Shown: positions 46,507-57,286, counted from the first letter of the stretch. The stretch is 64,000 bases of DNA from an uncultured Planctomycetaceae bacterium (GCA_964642855.1 CAZXSK010000011.1:10042-74041), one strand, 5' to 3'. The notes: a model not told the origin generated them from the sequence alone. Made by a program: numbers and translations.

Positions 46507-47583
46507 TCAGTTGATCTTCACCTCTTTGCCCTTCGTGCCGGACTGGTAGATCGCGTGAATGATCTTCTGCGTCCAGATCGCCTCGGAGGCGGGCACGGAC
46601 ACGGGCTTGTCGTGCAGGATATTCCAGGCGAAGTCGGCGACCTGCTTCTCGTGGTGCGTCCAGCCGCTTCGCTTGCCCTGCAGGTCGAGCATCTGCACGT
46701 AGTTGGGCGTGCAGTCGGTCAGGTGGCCGTTGAGTTCCAGCTGGACGTTCAGGGGCGAAAGCCCCGCCCCGCCCTTGGTGCCCACCACGTGGTTCTTCAT
46801 GCCGCCGTCGGGCAGGTTCACGTTGAACGAGCACTCGATGTTCATCGTCGCGCCCGTCTCGAACCGCACGATCGCGCAGGCGAAGTCTTCGACGGTGTAG
46901 GTCTTGTGATCCCAGGGCCCAAAGCTGCCCATGTGACCGGGCTGGTCGCCGATCGTCCGGTAGCTGGCGCCGCTGACGCTCACCGGACGCGGGCAGCCCA
47001 TCATCCACCACGTCAGGTCGATCATGTGCACGCCGATGTCGATCAGCCCGCCGCCGCCTTGCTCTTCCATCCGGCCGAACACGCCCCAACTCGGCACGCC
47101 GCGACGGCGAACCGCCTGGCAGCGAGCGTAGTAGATGTCGCCCAGCGAGCCGTCGTCCACGAGTTTGCGGACGAACTCCGCCTCCGGCCGGTAGCGGTGC
47201 ATCAGGCCGATCTGCACCTGCCGCCCTGCCTTTTCGGCCGCGTCGACCATGCGCTTGGCCTCGGCGGGCGTCATGGCCATGGGCTTTTCGCACATCACGT
47301 GCTTGCCCGCGCGGACGGCGTCGATGGTCTGCCCGGCGTGGTAGCGGTTGGGCGTGCAGATCGTGACCACGTCTACGTCGTCGAGCTTCAGCAGCTTTTT
47401 GTAGTCGGTAAAGCAGCGGGTCTCGTCGACGCCCCATTCCCTGGATCGCGACTGGAGGTTCTCTTCGCTCACGTCGGCCAGGGCGACCACCTCGCCCAGC
47501 CCGCTCTTGGTGTACCCGTTGTAATGCACGCGGGAAATGCCACCCGCTCCGATGATCCCCACCCTCAACTTCTTCCTGGCCAT
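46507..47583 (-). CDS. Gfo/Idh/MocA family NAD(P)-dependent oxidoreductase
   Basis: MARKKLRVGIIGAGGISRVHYNGY is the Rossmann GxGxxG motif, and ...EKPMAM is the family's conserved EKP motif. Start set at ATG 47583. The ORF-track upstream extension is R/G-rich junk. Confidence 0.85.
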   Translation of the reverse strand: MARKKLRVGIIGAGGISRVHYNGYTKSGLGEVVALADVSEENLQSRSREWGVDETRCFTDYKKLLKLDDVDVVTICTPNRYHAGQTIDAVRAGKHVMCEKPMAMTPAEAKRMVDAAEKAGRQVQIGLMHRYRPEAEFVRKLVDDGSLGDIYYARCQAVRRRGVPSWGVFGRMEEQGGGGLIDIGVHMIDLTWWMMGCPRPVSVSGASYRTIGDQPGHMGSFGPWDHKTYTVEDFACAIVRFETGATMNIECSFNVNLPDGGMKNHVVGTKGGAGLSPLNVQLELNGHLTDCTPNYVQMLDLQGKRSGWTHHEKQVADFAWNILHDKPVSVPASEAIWTQKIIHAIYQSGTKGKEVKIN

Positions 47584-47963
47584 GGACGTCTCTCTCCTTG
47601 CTGCGTTGTGTATCCAAACGGAACTGCGCCCCGGTCGACCCCCGGCGGGGCACTCAAAGCGAACTGACCTACCCCCCACGACCCGCGAATGCAAGCCTTT
47701 CGGTCCGGTTTTTCGTCCACGCGGACGCGCGGAGATTTCGCCCGTTTTCCCGTTGACCCCGCCACCGGACGGGGGTATATCCGAATTCCGCGGGCGGCCC
47801 ATCGCCCGCTCAGCACGCGAAGGAACCCGGCGCATGACCCCGATCATCCGCATCCTGGTGGACGTAGCCAAGCCGACCTGCGGCGCCGCTGTGCGCCGTT
47901 GGTTTGGCGGCCCGGCCGCTGCGAGCGGGTGACCTTCGCGAGCGTTTCTGCGAATTGCTTCCG

Positions 47964-47993
47964 ACCCGCTTGCCGCACGCGAGCGGGTTTTTT
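47964..47993 (+). terminator. intrinsic-terminator-like hairpin inside the long leader of the ABC exporter operon (attenuator or sRNA 3' end candidate)
   Basis: ACCCGCT-(11 nt)-AGCGGGT is a 7-bp stem followed by TTTTTT. An upstream copy GCGAGCGGGT (47921-47930) could alternatively pair with ACCCGCTTGC as an antiterminator. Confidence 0.4.
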
Positions 47994-48145
47994 CGTGGGG
48001 TGTGCCCCGTCCCGTTCGCCCGGCTTCGGGCTTTTCGCCCGACGGATGAAACTTTGGCCTGCGAACCTTGTTGGGCTGGATACCCTCCGGCGGCGATACG
48101 CCGGCCGGACGCTTCGCCAGCCCCCAGCAGACGGGTAGAACGAAC

Positions 48146-50062
48146 ATGACTTCCGCATCGTCGAACCAAGACAAGCCGTCCCGGCTCGCAACCCTGTGGG
48201 CGTTCATGAAGGGCTTCCGCACGCTGTACCTCGGGGCGATCCTTGCGCTGTTGTTTGCCGTGCTGATCTCTTACGTCCGACCACTGATTATCGGGGCGAC
48301 CATCGACAGCGTCATCGGCGACCAGCCGCCGGGCTGGCCTGGCTGGGTCACCGCGCCGATCGAGCGGCTGGGGGGCACGAGCATGCTCGCGCGCAATCTC
48401 TGGGCGTGCGGCCTGGCGATCGTGCTGCTCACCGCAGCCAGCGGTGGGTTCATGTATCTCAAAGGGCGCTGGGCAGCCAGCGCAGCCGAGGGCATCGCAC
48501 GCCGGATCCGCGACCGGCTCTACGACCAGCTCCAAAGCCTGCCCCTGACCTTCCACGACCGCCACGACACCGGCGACCTCGTCCAGCGGTGCACGTCCGA
48601 CGTCGAGACCATCCACGTGTTTCTCTCCCTGCAGGTCACCGAGGTAGGCCGGGCGATCATCCAGGTGCTGGCCGTGCTGCCGATCATGCTCTACCTCAAC
48701 GTCACGATGACCGGCGTGTCGATGCTGCTGATCCCGGTGATCCTGGTCGGCACGGTGATCTTCTTCCTGAAGGTCCGCACCGCGTTCCAGCGATCCGACG
48801 AAGCCGAGGGACGCATGACCGCCCGGCTGCAGGAGAACATCACCGGCATCCGTGTGGTGCGCGCCTTCGCCCGGCAGGACTTCGAAAGCCGGCGGTTCGC
48901 CGAAAGGAACGCCGAGTTCCGCGACCTCGACTACCGGCTGATCCGGCTGCTGGCGTGGTACTGGTCGATCTCCGATTACATCTGTTTCGCCCAGCGCGGG
49001 CTGGTGCTGTTCGCCGGGGCTTACATCGTCTCGCGGGGCAGGATGACCATCGGCGAGCTGGTGATCTTCCTGTGGTTCGTCGACCAGTTCCTCTGGCCGA
49101 TCCGGCGGATGGGCCGGACCCTGACCGATCTCAGCAAGGCGCTGGTTTCGGTGGGCAGGCTGGGCGACATCCTGCACGAGTCGCGGGAGATCGACGACAC
49201 CGACGCCCCCACGCCCGACCTGCGCATCGAGGGGCGCGTGGAGTTCCGGGACGTGCACTTCGCCTTCGAAAGGCCCGCAGGCCTGACCGCCGCCCAGGAC
49301 GCCCCGGGCGAAGACGGGCAACCGTCCGATTCCTCCGATCACGTGCTGCGCGGCGTGAGTTTCGTCGCCGAGCCCGGACAGACCGTCGCCATCCTGGGCC
49401 CCAGCGGCTCGGGCAAGAGCACGATCATCAACCTGCTGCTGAGGCTGTACGACTACCGGCGGGGCAGCATTCGCCTGGACGACGCCGAGCTGCGCGACCT
49501 CGACCGGCGGGCCGCCCGGTCCCAGTTCGGCGTGATCATGCAGCAGCCGTTCCTGTACTCCAAGAGCCTGCGGGAGAACATCAAGCTCGCCCGCGGCGCC
49601 GCCAGCGACGACGAGATGATCGAGGCCACGCAGATCGCCTGCGTGCACGATTCGGTTGCCTCCTTCGAGCACGGCTACGACACCGTCGTCGGCGAGCGCG
49701 GCGTGACGCTCTCGGGCGGACAGCGCCAGCGCGTGGCGTTGGCGCGGGCGATTCTCAAGGATCCGCCCGTGCTGATCCTCGACGACGCCCTGTCTGCCGT
49801 CGACACGCAGACCGAGGCGATGATCCTCCGCGCCCTCAAGCAGCGGCGGGGGCGGCACACCACGCTGCTGATCGCCCACCGGCTGAGCACGCTGATGCAC
49901 GCCGACCGGATCCTCGTGCTCGACCACGGGCGCATCGTGCAGCGAGGCACGCACGAACAGCTCGTCACGCGCGACGGCCTGTACCGCAGGCTGTGGACCA
50001 TCCAGAACTCCCTGGAGGATGACCTCCGGGACGACGTAGAGCAGCCGGCGCCGGCGTCCTGA
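48146..50062 (+). CDS. ABC transporter permease/ATP-binding protein (exporter, MsbA/ABCB-like half-transporter)
   Basis: Six-TM TMD, then an NBD with Walker A GPSGSGKST, signature LSGGQRQR and Walker B ILDDALS. ATG 48146. Confidence 0.85.
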   Translation: MTSASSNQDKPSRLATLWAFMKGFRTLYLGAILALLFAVLISYVRPLIIGATIDSVIGDQPPGWPGWVTAPIERLGGTSMLARNLWACGLAIVLLTAASGGFMYLKGRWAASAAEGIARRIRDRLYDQLQSLPLTFHDRHDTGDLVQRCTSDVETIHVFLSLQVTEVGRAIIQVLAVLPIMLYLNVTMTGVSMLLIPVILVGTVIFFLKVRTAFQRSDEAEGRMTARLQENITGIRVVRAFARQDFESRRFAERNAEFRDLDYRLIRLLAWYWSISDYICFAQRGLVLFAGAYIVSRGRMTIGELVIFLWFVDQFLWPIRRMGRTLTDLSKALVSVGRLGDILHESREIDDTDAPTPDLRIEGRVEFRDVHFAFERPAGLTAAQDAPGEDGQPSDSSDHVLRGVSFVAEPGQTVAILGPSGSGKSTIINLLLRLYDYRRGSIRLDDAELRDLDRRAARSQFGVIMQQPFLYSKSLRENIKLARGAASDDEMIEATQIACVHDSVASFEHGYDTVVGERGVTLSGGQRQRVALARAILKDPPVLILDDALSAVDTQTEAMILRALKQRRGRHTTLLIAHRLSTLMHADRILVLDHGRIVQRGTHEQLVTRDGLYRRLWTIQNSLEDDLRDDVEQPAPAS

Positions 50063-50094
50063 CCCGCCCGCCTGGCTGCTCCGAGGACAACACG

Positions 50095-51981
50095 ATGATG
50101 GATTCGGCCATACACGAAGAAGAATTCTCCGACAAGATCGACATTCGCCTGTGGGCGAAGGTCTACGGCCTGGCGCTGCCTCACAGGAAGACACTCGCTG
50201 CGCTGGTGACGACCTCGATTCTCCTGGCCGCCGTCGACGGCGTGATGTTTCTGGTGCCCAAGCTCGTGATCGATCGCCTGCTGGCGTCGGGGCGGGAGGC
50301 CTCGCTGATGACCCCCGCGCTGATGTACCTCGGGCTCTCGACGCTGTTCTGCATCTGCGTGGCGGGGTTCATTCACTTCGCCGGGCGCATCGCCACCCAC
50401 GTCAGCCACGACATCCGCAAGCAGGGCTTTGATCGCCTCCAGGAGCTGTCGTTCTCGTATTACGACAAACGCCCGGCCGGTTGGCTGATGGCCAGAATGA
50501 CCAGCGACTGCAACAAGCTCTCGCGCATCCTCGCCTGGGGCACGCTGGAGTTGACCTGGAGCATGTGCTTCATCACGGCGATGGTCGCGATCATGCTGAT
50601 CGTCGAGTGGCGTTTGGCGCTGATCGTCATGGGCGTACTGCCCCCCATGGCGATCCTCAGCCTCTACTTCCAGCGTAAGATCCTGCGCGCGTCGAGACAG
50701 GTGCGCAAGACCAACTCGTCGATCACGGCTTCGTACAACGAGGGCATCAGCGGCGTGCGGACGACCAAGACCCTCGTCCGCGAGCGCGACAACCTGCGCG
50801 AGTTCGAGCGCCTCACGGAAACCATGCGGACCTCCGCGATCCGAAGCGCGCTGTACTCGGCGATGTTCCTGCCCCTGGTCCTGACGCTCGGAAGCATCGG
50901 CACGGCGATGGCGCTGTGGTACGGCGGGGTGGACGTCATTGAAACGCTCCGGCTGCCGGTGGGCGATCCCGATAAGTTCACGCTGGGCAGCCTGGCGCTG
51001 TTCATGAACATCTCCGGCGCGCTGATCTTCCCGATCCAGGAACTCGCGCAGATGTTCGCCGAGTTCCAGAACGCCCGCGCCGCAGCCGAGCGCGTCGTCG
51101 AACTGCTGGAGACCGAGCCGGAAATCGAAGACGCCCCCGAGGTCGTCGAGCGGATCAAAAAGGTCGCCTCCGCGCCGCGCCCCGACGGGCTGGCCGAAGA
51201 CGGCTACCCCGACCGCATCGAAACCGTCGAGTTCCGCGACGTGACGTTCGAGTACCTTCCGGGCGAGCCGGTGCTGCGCGAGTTCGATCTCACGGTCCGG
51301 GCCGGTCAGACCATTGCGCTGGTCGGGCCCACCGGCGGGGGCAAGAGCACGATCGTCTCGCTGCTGTGCAGGTTCTACGAACCGACAGGCGGGGCGATTC
51401 TCATCAACGGCGTCGACTACCGCAGCCGGGGCCTGCACTGGCTGCAGTCGAACCTGGGCATCGTGCTCCAGAGCCCGCACCTGTTCAGCGGCACGGTGGC
51501 AGAGAACATCGCCTACGGCCGGTTGGACGCAACGCCCGGGGAGATCCGCCGGGCGGCCGAGTTGGTCAACGCCCACGAGTTCATCCAGGAGTTGGATAAC
51601 GGCTACGACACCGAGGTGGGAGAGGGCGGCGGGCGCCTCTCGACGGGACAGAAGCAGCTGATCTCGTTCGCGCGGGCGGTGCTGGCCGACCCCCAGCTGT
51701 TCGTCATGGACGAGGCGACTTCCTCTGTCGACACCGAGACCGAGAAGCTCATCCAGGAAGGCCTGCACGAAGTGCTCGACGGGCGGATCAGTTTCGTGAT
51801 CGCCCACCGGCTGTCGACCATCCGCGAGGCCGACCGCATCCTGGTGATCGAAGGCGGGCGCATCGTCGAGCAGGGCGACCACCGCGAGCTGATTGCCCGT
51901 CGCGGGCGGTACTACGGCCTGTACACCAACCAGTTCGCCCGCGAGCAGGAAGACTCGGTCCTCTCCGGCGGGGCGGAGTAG
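50095..51981 (+). CDS. ABC transporter permease/ATP-binding protein (exporter, partner half-transporter)
   Basis: TMD plus NBD with Walker A GPTGGGKST, signature LSTGQKQL and Walker B VMDEATS. Likely heterodimeric partner of the upstream gene. Confidence 0.85.
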   Translation: MMDSAIHEEEFSDKIDIRLWAKVYGLALPHRKTLAALVTTSILLAAVDGVMFLVPKLVIDRLLASGREASLMTPALMYLGLSTLFCICVAGFIHFAGRIATHVSHDIRKQGFDRLQELSFSYYDKRPAGWLMARMTSDCNKLSRILAWGTLELTWSMCFITAMVAIMLIVEWRLALIVMGVLPPMAILSLYFQRKILRASRQVRKTNSSITASYNEGISGVRTTKTLVRERDNLREFERLTETMRTSAIRSALYSAMFLPLVLTLGSIGTAMALWYGGVDVIETLRLPVGDPDKFTLGSLALFMNISGALIFPIQELAQMFAEFQNARAAAERVVELLETEPEIEDAPEVVERIKKVASAPRPDGLAEDGYPDRIETVEFRDVTFEYLPGEPVLREFDLTVRAGQTIALVGPTGGGKSTIVSLLCRFYEPTGGAILINGVDYRSRGLHWLQSNLGIVLQSPHLFSGTVAENIAYGRLDATPGEIRRAAELVNAHEFIQELDNGYDTEVGEGGGRLSTGQKQLISFARAVLADPQLFVMDEATSSVDTETEKLIQEGLHEVLDGRISFVIAHRLSTIREADRILVIEGGRIVEQGDHRELIARRGRYYGLYTNQFAREQEDSVLSGGAE

Positions 51982-51991
51982 GAGTTACCCC

Positions 51992-52017
51992 CGCCCGGCG
52001 CGGCAGGCGGGCGTTTT
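51992..52017 (+). terminator. terminator-like hairpin after the second ABC exporter gene
   Basis: CGCCCG-(10 nt)-CGGGCG stem followed by TTTTGCGTTTGC. Confidence 0.45.
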
Positions 52018-52081
52018 GCGTTTGCACTGCCCCCCGCCCGTCGGGTTCAATCTGTCTCCATCGACTGACCAGGAGATCCGC

Positions 52082-53515
52082 ATGCTTTCGACCCTCGAAA
52101 AGCGATTCGGCGAGATAGCCCCGCAAGGGGCCTTCTGTTCCCTGCGTTATGTGCGCAGCGTCGACGAAATCCTCGCGGTGCGCCAGGACGTGCCCCAACC
52201 TCCCCGGCGAAGCGACGACGCCGGCGCGATGATTACCGTCATCCGCGACGGCGGACTGGGCTACGCCGCCACCTCCGACCTGTCCCGGGCGGGGCTTCAG
52301 CGGGCGGTCGAGAGGGCCTCGGCGTGGGCGAAGCGATCCGCAGGCCGGTCGGTCGCGGACTTCTCCGCCATCGACATGCCCGCCCCCACCGGCGAGTACG
52401 AAAGCCCCGAGCGCGTCGCCTGGGACGCCACCACCCAGGGCGAGAAGTTCGACCTGCTGCGGCAGACGTGCTCGTCGCTCAAGGCCGACGAGAGGATCGT
52501 CGACTGGAGCACTTCGCTGTGGCATACCGACCTGGAGCAGATCTACCTGACCACCGGCGGTGGGCGCGTGGTGCAGCGGATCCGCATGTTGTGTCCGTCG
52601 ATGTCCGTCACGGCGGCAGAGGGCGGCGAGGCGATCGAGCGCAGCTACGGGGGCAGGGGCTACTGCAGACAGGCGGGCCTGGAGCTTCTCGACGACATCG
52701 AATTCCGCGAGGCGGGCCCGGGTGTCTCCGACGAGGCGCTGCAGCTTCTGGCGGCTCCGAACTGTCCGTCGGGCACCATGGACGTGCTGCTGGCCCCCGA
52801 CCAGATGATCCTGCAGATTCACGAGTCGATCGGTCATCCGCTGGAGCTGGACCGCATCCTGGGCGACGAGCGGAACTACGCGGGCACGAGTTTCGTGACG
52901 CCCGAGATGTTCGGCAGTTACCGGTACGGCAGCGAGCTGCTGAATGTGACGTTCGACCCGACGCGCCAGGGCGAGTTCGCCACGTACGCTTTCGACGACG
53001 ACGGCGCCGAAGCCCGCCGGACCGCCATCATCGAGAAGGGCATACTCAAGCGGGGCCTGGGGGGCGTGGTGTCCCGGCATCGCAGCGGCCTGGAGGGCGC
53101 CGCCTCCACGCGCGCGTGCAGTTGGAACCGGCCTCCCATCGACCGGATGGCGAACCTGAATCTCGAGTGCGGCGACAGCTCGCTGGACGAGATGATCGGC
53201 TCGATCGAGCGCGGCGTGTACATGAAGACCAACTGCTCGTGGTCGATCGACGACAGCAGGAACAAGTTCCAGTTCGGCTGCGAGTGGGGGCGGCGTATCG
53301 AGGACGGCCGGCTGACGGACCTGGTCAAGAAGCCCAACTACCGGGGCGTCAGCGCGACGTTCTGGCGGAATCTGCGGAAGGTCGGTTCGCCGGAGACGGC
53401 GGAGATGCTCGGCACGCCCAACTGCGGCAAGGGCGAGCCCAACCAGTGCGTCCGCGTGGGGCATGCCAGCCCGGCGTGCGTGTTCGCCGACGTCGACGTG
53501 TTCGGCGGGGAGTGA
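52082..53515 (+). CDS. tldD: TldD family metalloprotease
   Basis: The HExxxH motif (ILQIHESIGHPLELD) and the C-terminal GxC...NCGKGEPNQC region are typical of TldD. ATG 52082 after CAGGAGATC. Confidence 0.85.
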   Translation: MLSTLEKRFGEIAPQGAFCSLRYVRSVDEILAVRQDVPQPPRRSDDAGAMITVIRDGGLGYAATSDLSRAGLQRAVERASAWAKRSAGRSVADFSAIDMPAPTGEYESPERVAWDATTQGEKFDLLRQTCSSLKADERIVDWSTSLWHTDLEQIYLTTGGGRVVQRIRMLCPSMSVTAAEGGEAIERSYGGRGYCRQAGLELLDDIEFREAGPGVSDEALQLLAAPNCPSGTMDVLLAPDQMILQIHESIGHPLELDRILGDERNYAGTSFVTPEMFGSYRYGSELLNVTFDPTRQGEFATYAFDDDGAEARRTAIIEKGILKRGLGGVVSRHRSGLEGAASTRACSWNRPPIDRMANLNLECGDSSLDEMIGSIERGVYMKTNCSWSIDDSRNKFQFGCEWGRRIEDGRLTDLVKKPNYRGVSATFWRNLRKVGSPETAEMLGTPNCGKGEPNQCVRVGHASPACVFADVDVFGGE

Positions 53516-53526
53516 AAGGACATCCG

Positions 53527-54849
53527 ATGCAGGAATACTTCAGCGAACTTGTCGACCACGCCACCGACGCCCTCCGCGGCGACGAGGTGCTGCTGGTTAA
53601 CCTCCACGCCGAAGACAGCGACTTCGTCCGGCTGAACCGCTCGGCCATCCGGCAGGCGGGCGGTGTCCAGCAGGCGTACCTGACGCTGGAACTCATCGAC
53701 GGACAGAAGCACTGCAGCCAGACGCTGACCCTGACGCGCCAGCCGAAGGAGGACCGCGGGCGCGTCTCCGGTGCGCTGGAGAGCCTGCGGACCAGCCTCG
53801 CCGATGTGCCCGAAGACCCGCACCTGCTCTACGCCACCGACGTCCACAGCACCGAGCATCTTGGCGAGAACGCACTGCCCGACCCGGCCGAGGCACTGGA
53901 CGCCGTGCTGCTGGCCGGGGCGGGACTGGACATGGTGGGCATCTTCGCCGCCGGCGGGGTGCAGCGCGGATTCGGCAACTCCCTCGGCCAGCGGAATTGG
54001 TTCTCGACACACACCTTCCACCTTGAGTGGAGCTTTTACCACACGGCGGACAAGGCCGTGAAGACGTCCTGGGCGGGTTTCGAGTGGGACCCAGTCGGCT
54101 TTCAAGGCAAGGTCGACGACGCCGTCGAGCAGCTTGACGTGCTTCGCCGCGAGCCGCGCACGATCTCGCCCGGCGAGTATCGCGTGTACCTGGCGCCCGC
54201 GGCGGTGGGGGAGATCCTCGGCCTGCTGTGCTGGGGCGGGTTCGGCCTGAAGGACCACCGCACGAAATTCACGCCGCTGCTGCGGATGATCGAGTCGGAC
54301 GCCCGCCTTGACGAGACGGTGACCCTGCGCGAGAACACCGCCGGGGGGATGGCGCCCGGGTTCAATGCGGCAGGGTTCGTCAAGCCCGACGCGGTAACAC
54401 TCATCGACGCCGGCCGGTATGGCGACTGCCTGGTCTCGCCGCGCTCGTCGAAGGAGTACGGCGTTCCCTGCAACGGCGCTGACAGCCACGAGAGCCCGCG
54501 CTCGCTGGACCTCCAGCCGGGCGGCATCGACGCGGCCGACGTGGTGGGCAAGCTCGGGGAGGGCGTGCTGATCAACCAGTTGTGGTACGGGAATTTCTCG
54601 GACCGTCCGGCCGGTCGGATGACCGGCATGACGCGCTTCGCGACGTTCTGGGTGGAAGACGGGCGGATCGCCGCGCCGCTGAACGTCATGCGGTTCGACG
54701 AGACGATCTACCGGATGCTGGGCGAGAACCTCATCGGCCTGACGCGGCAGCGGGATTTTCTGCCCGAAAGCCACACCTACGACGCGCGAAGCGTCGACAG
54801 CATGCACCTGCCCGGGGCGCTGATCGACGGCTTCCGCTTCACGCTGTGA
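53527..54849 (+). CDS. pmbA: PmbA/TldE family protein (TldD partner)
   Basis: 440 aa. TldD/PmbA-fold character without the HExxxH motif. It lies 12 nt downstream of tldD. Confidence 0.8.
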   Translation: MQEYFSELVDHATDALRGDEVLLVNLHAEDSDFVRLNRSAIRQAGGVQQAYLTLELIDGQKHCSQTLTLTRQPKEDRGRVSGALESLRTSLADVPEDPHLLYATDVHSTEHLGENALPDPAEALDAVLLAGAGLDMVGIFAAGGVQRGFGNSLGQRNWFSTHTFHLEWSFYHTADKAVKTSWAGFEWDPVGFQGKVDDAVEQLDVLRREPRTISPGEYRVYLAPAAVGEILGLLCWGGFGLKDHRTKFTPLLRMIESDARLDETVTLRENTAGGMAPGFNAAGFVKPDAVTLIDAGRYGDCLVSPRSSKEYGVPCNGADSHESPRSLDLQPGGIDAADVVGKLGEGVLINQLWYGNFSDRPAGRMTGMTRFATFWVEDGRIAAPLNVMRFDETIYRMLGENLIGLTRQRDFLPESHTYDARSVDSMHLPGALIDGFRFTL

Positions 54850-54872
54850 CCGGGGTCCGGCCCGGGCTTTTT
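54850..54872 (+). terminator. terminator-like GC hairpin + T5 after pmbA
   Basis: CCGGGGTCCGGCCCGGGC followed by TTTTT. Confidence 0.4.
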
Positions 54873-55071
54873 CGCCGTCGCGGGTTGACACGACTTTGCG
54901 GGGCTGGTAACAGAGAGTCCCATACCCAGTCGATCCGCAGTCGGTTTCCGGCCCGTTGGAGTGACGTTTCCTCGCTGAGTTTCTCTCTCCGTCGATGCGC
55001 TCCGCCACGGGCGGACCTCTGCCTGCGATCCATGCCGCGGGGCAGACCAACCAGAAGGAAGGAGCAGTACC

Positions 55072-57247
55072 GGTGACCCGGAAGACGGATTTCCTCCGCG
55101 AGAAGTACGACCAACTGCACGCGACCCCCATGCAGCAGAAGCTCAGGAAGATCGCGCCGATGCCCGTCGGCGTGGTGTTCATCGAATGGCCGGGCATGAC
55201 CGAAGACGACATGCGCCGGCATTTCCGCCTGATGAAGGAACTCGGGTACACCTGCCTCAAGGGCATCCTGCTCTGCCGCGGAACCGACCGCCGCAAGGTC
55301 ATGCACATGGCCCTCGACGAGGGGATCATTCCCTGGTGGTACGACGAAGGCGGATGGGAGGCGATCACCGACGAGCTGCTGGAATCACTCGGCATCGACC
55401 CGGACACCCCCATCGAGCAGATCCGCACGAACGAGAAGTTCCTCGCCCACCAGGAGAAGGTCCTTCGCGAGCGGATCGACCGCGAAGCCGACGAAGGCTC
55501 CGGCCGGCCCGTCGAACGCGGTTTCCGCAATGTCTTCCGCTTCGACGGTTCGCTGCCCGACGAGATGGTCGACGACTTTCTCGACTGGCTCACGGAGCAG
55601 TACGAGACCGTCGACGGCGTGTGGGAAGCGTGGAACCTGCACCACGCGGGCATCCCCGGGCCGCTCGAACCGTGGACCGACTGGCCGCAGGTCCGCGCGT
55701 ACGTCCAGAAGGCCGTCGACGGCGCCAAGGCCGGCCAGGCGTCGCTGTATGTGCCCATGCAGCGCGAGTACCGACGCATCCGTGACATCCTGCGCTTCAA
55801 GGCCGACCAGTACGTCGACCACATCCGTCGGCGGATCGAGGCCCAGCAGCAGGTCGACCCCAACGCCGTGTTCCGCGCCGGCGGCGAAATGGGCCTGTTC
55901 CTGCCCTTCGCCTCCCGCGCGACCGACATGGAAGGCATCGCCTCGGTAATGGCTGAGGGCGGCTCGTTCTACCCGTCGATCCACCTGGCGTGGCACTTCG
56001 AGGAAGTCGGCTTCGAGGTCGCACGCCCCGTCTACTTCCAGGCCTCGCTGGTGGCTGACTGGTTCAAGGGAGGCTGGAGCGCCACGTGGGAATCCACGGG
56101 CGGCCCGCAGCAGCTTTCGGGGGGCAAGGCCAATCTCTACCCGCCGGCCCAGAACGTCTGGCCGAGCTCGACCGTCGACGCCGGCGTGATGACCCAACTG
56201 ATGCTCAGCTACCTCGCCGCGGGTTTCCGGGGCTTCGGGTTCTGGACCTGGACCGCCCGAACGGCCGGGTGGGAGGCAGGGGAGTTCGCCCTGCTGGACC
56301 GCAACGCCGAGCCCTGCCAGCGCACCGTGCAGGCGGGCAAAGTCGCCCAGGCGGCCCGCCGCTGGCGCGACGAACTCTGGGAGGCCCGCAAAGAGCCCGT
56401 CGTCGGCGTGTTCACCGACTTCGACAACGACGCGATGTGGTCGGCTGCGTCGGTGGCCGGACGAGACTTCTACAAGCGCGTGCCCGTGTTCGCCCGCGTG
56501 GGCGCTTCGCGGGCGCTGGTCAACGGCAACGTGCCCTTCGAGCACGTCACCGCCCGCGACCTCCGCGCCGGGCTCGCCTCGCGATACCAGGTCATCTACC
56601 TGCCCGCCGTGCTCGCACTCGCCGGCGACCTCCAGGAGATCCTCCTGGACTACGCACGGCAGGGCGGACGCGTCGTGCTCGACATGCCCGGAGCGTGGTA
56701 CGACGACTTCGGCCGCATGCTCTCCACCGCCCAGGGAACCCCGTTCGAGAAACTCTTCGGCGCCAGCATCCGCGACTACCAGTACTCGCGGAACGTGCCG
56801 CGCAGCCTCAACGGCCGGCAGCTCGACGGCTTCGTCGTGGACCTCGGCGTCACCGGGGCCCGCACGCTGGCCGAGTACGACTCCGGCGCCCCGGCGATTA
56901 CCGAACACGCCGTCGGCGACGGGGCGGGGGTGATCCTCGGCTGGGAAGCGTCGCTGCAGTGCCACGAGCCCGGCAACGACCTCGGCGAGGCAGAGCTCCG
57001 CAAGTATGCCCTCGGCGGCATCGAGCTGCCCTACGCCTGCGACGGGGCGCTGGTCTACCGCCAGGCCGCACCCGAGGCAGATCACTACTTCCTGATCAAC
57101 GATGGCCCGGAAACCACGGTGACCCTCAAGACCCCAGCCTACAGCTATGCCTCGGCGCTGGACGTGATCGCGGACGAACCGATCGCGCCCGGCGACCCGA
57201 TCGACCTGCCCGCCCACAGCGGACGGTGGGTCCGCATGGCCAGGTGA
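55072..57247 (+). CDS. glycoside hydrolase, GH42-like (beta-galactosidase-type trimerisation/GATase-like domain present)
   Basis: GTG at 55072 after the strong AAGGAAGGAG Shine-Dalgarno sequence, preferred over ATG 54995. The middle region YQVIYLPAVLALAGDLQEILLDYARQGGRVVLDMPGAWYDDFG resembles the GH42 trimerisation domain. Family assignment is tentative. Confidence 0.6.
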
Positions 57248-57286
57248 GGCTGCAGCCGAACCGGTCGCCACAACCGGAGACATGAC

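Noticed and set aside
46507-48222. Full 571-aa ORF-track version of the Gfo/Idh/MocA oxidoreductase
   Set aside because: The 213 N-terminal residues are R/G/P-rich with no fold character. The Rossmann GIIGAGGI motif begins 8 aa after ATG 47583, so I trimmed the CDS to 46507-47583.
47810-50194. 794-aa minus-strand ORF over the first ABC exporter; similarly 53338-55938 minus (866 aa) over pmbA/GH42
   Set aside because: Antisense to genes with canonical Walker A/B and ABC signature motifs or a TldD-fold, R/G/P-rich, with no motifs.
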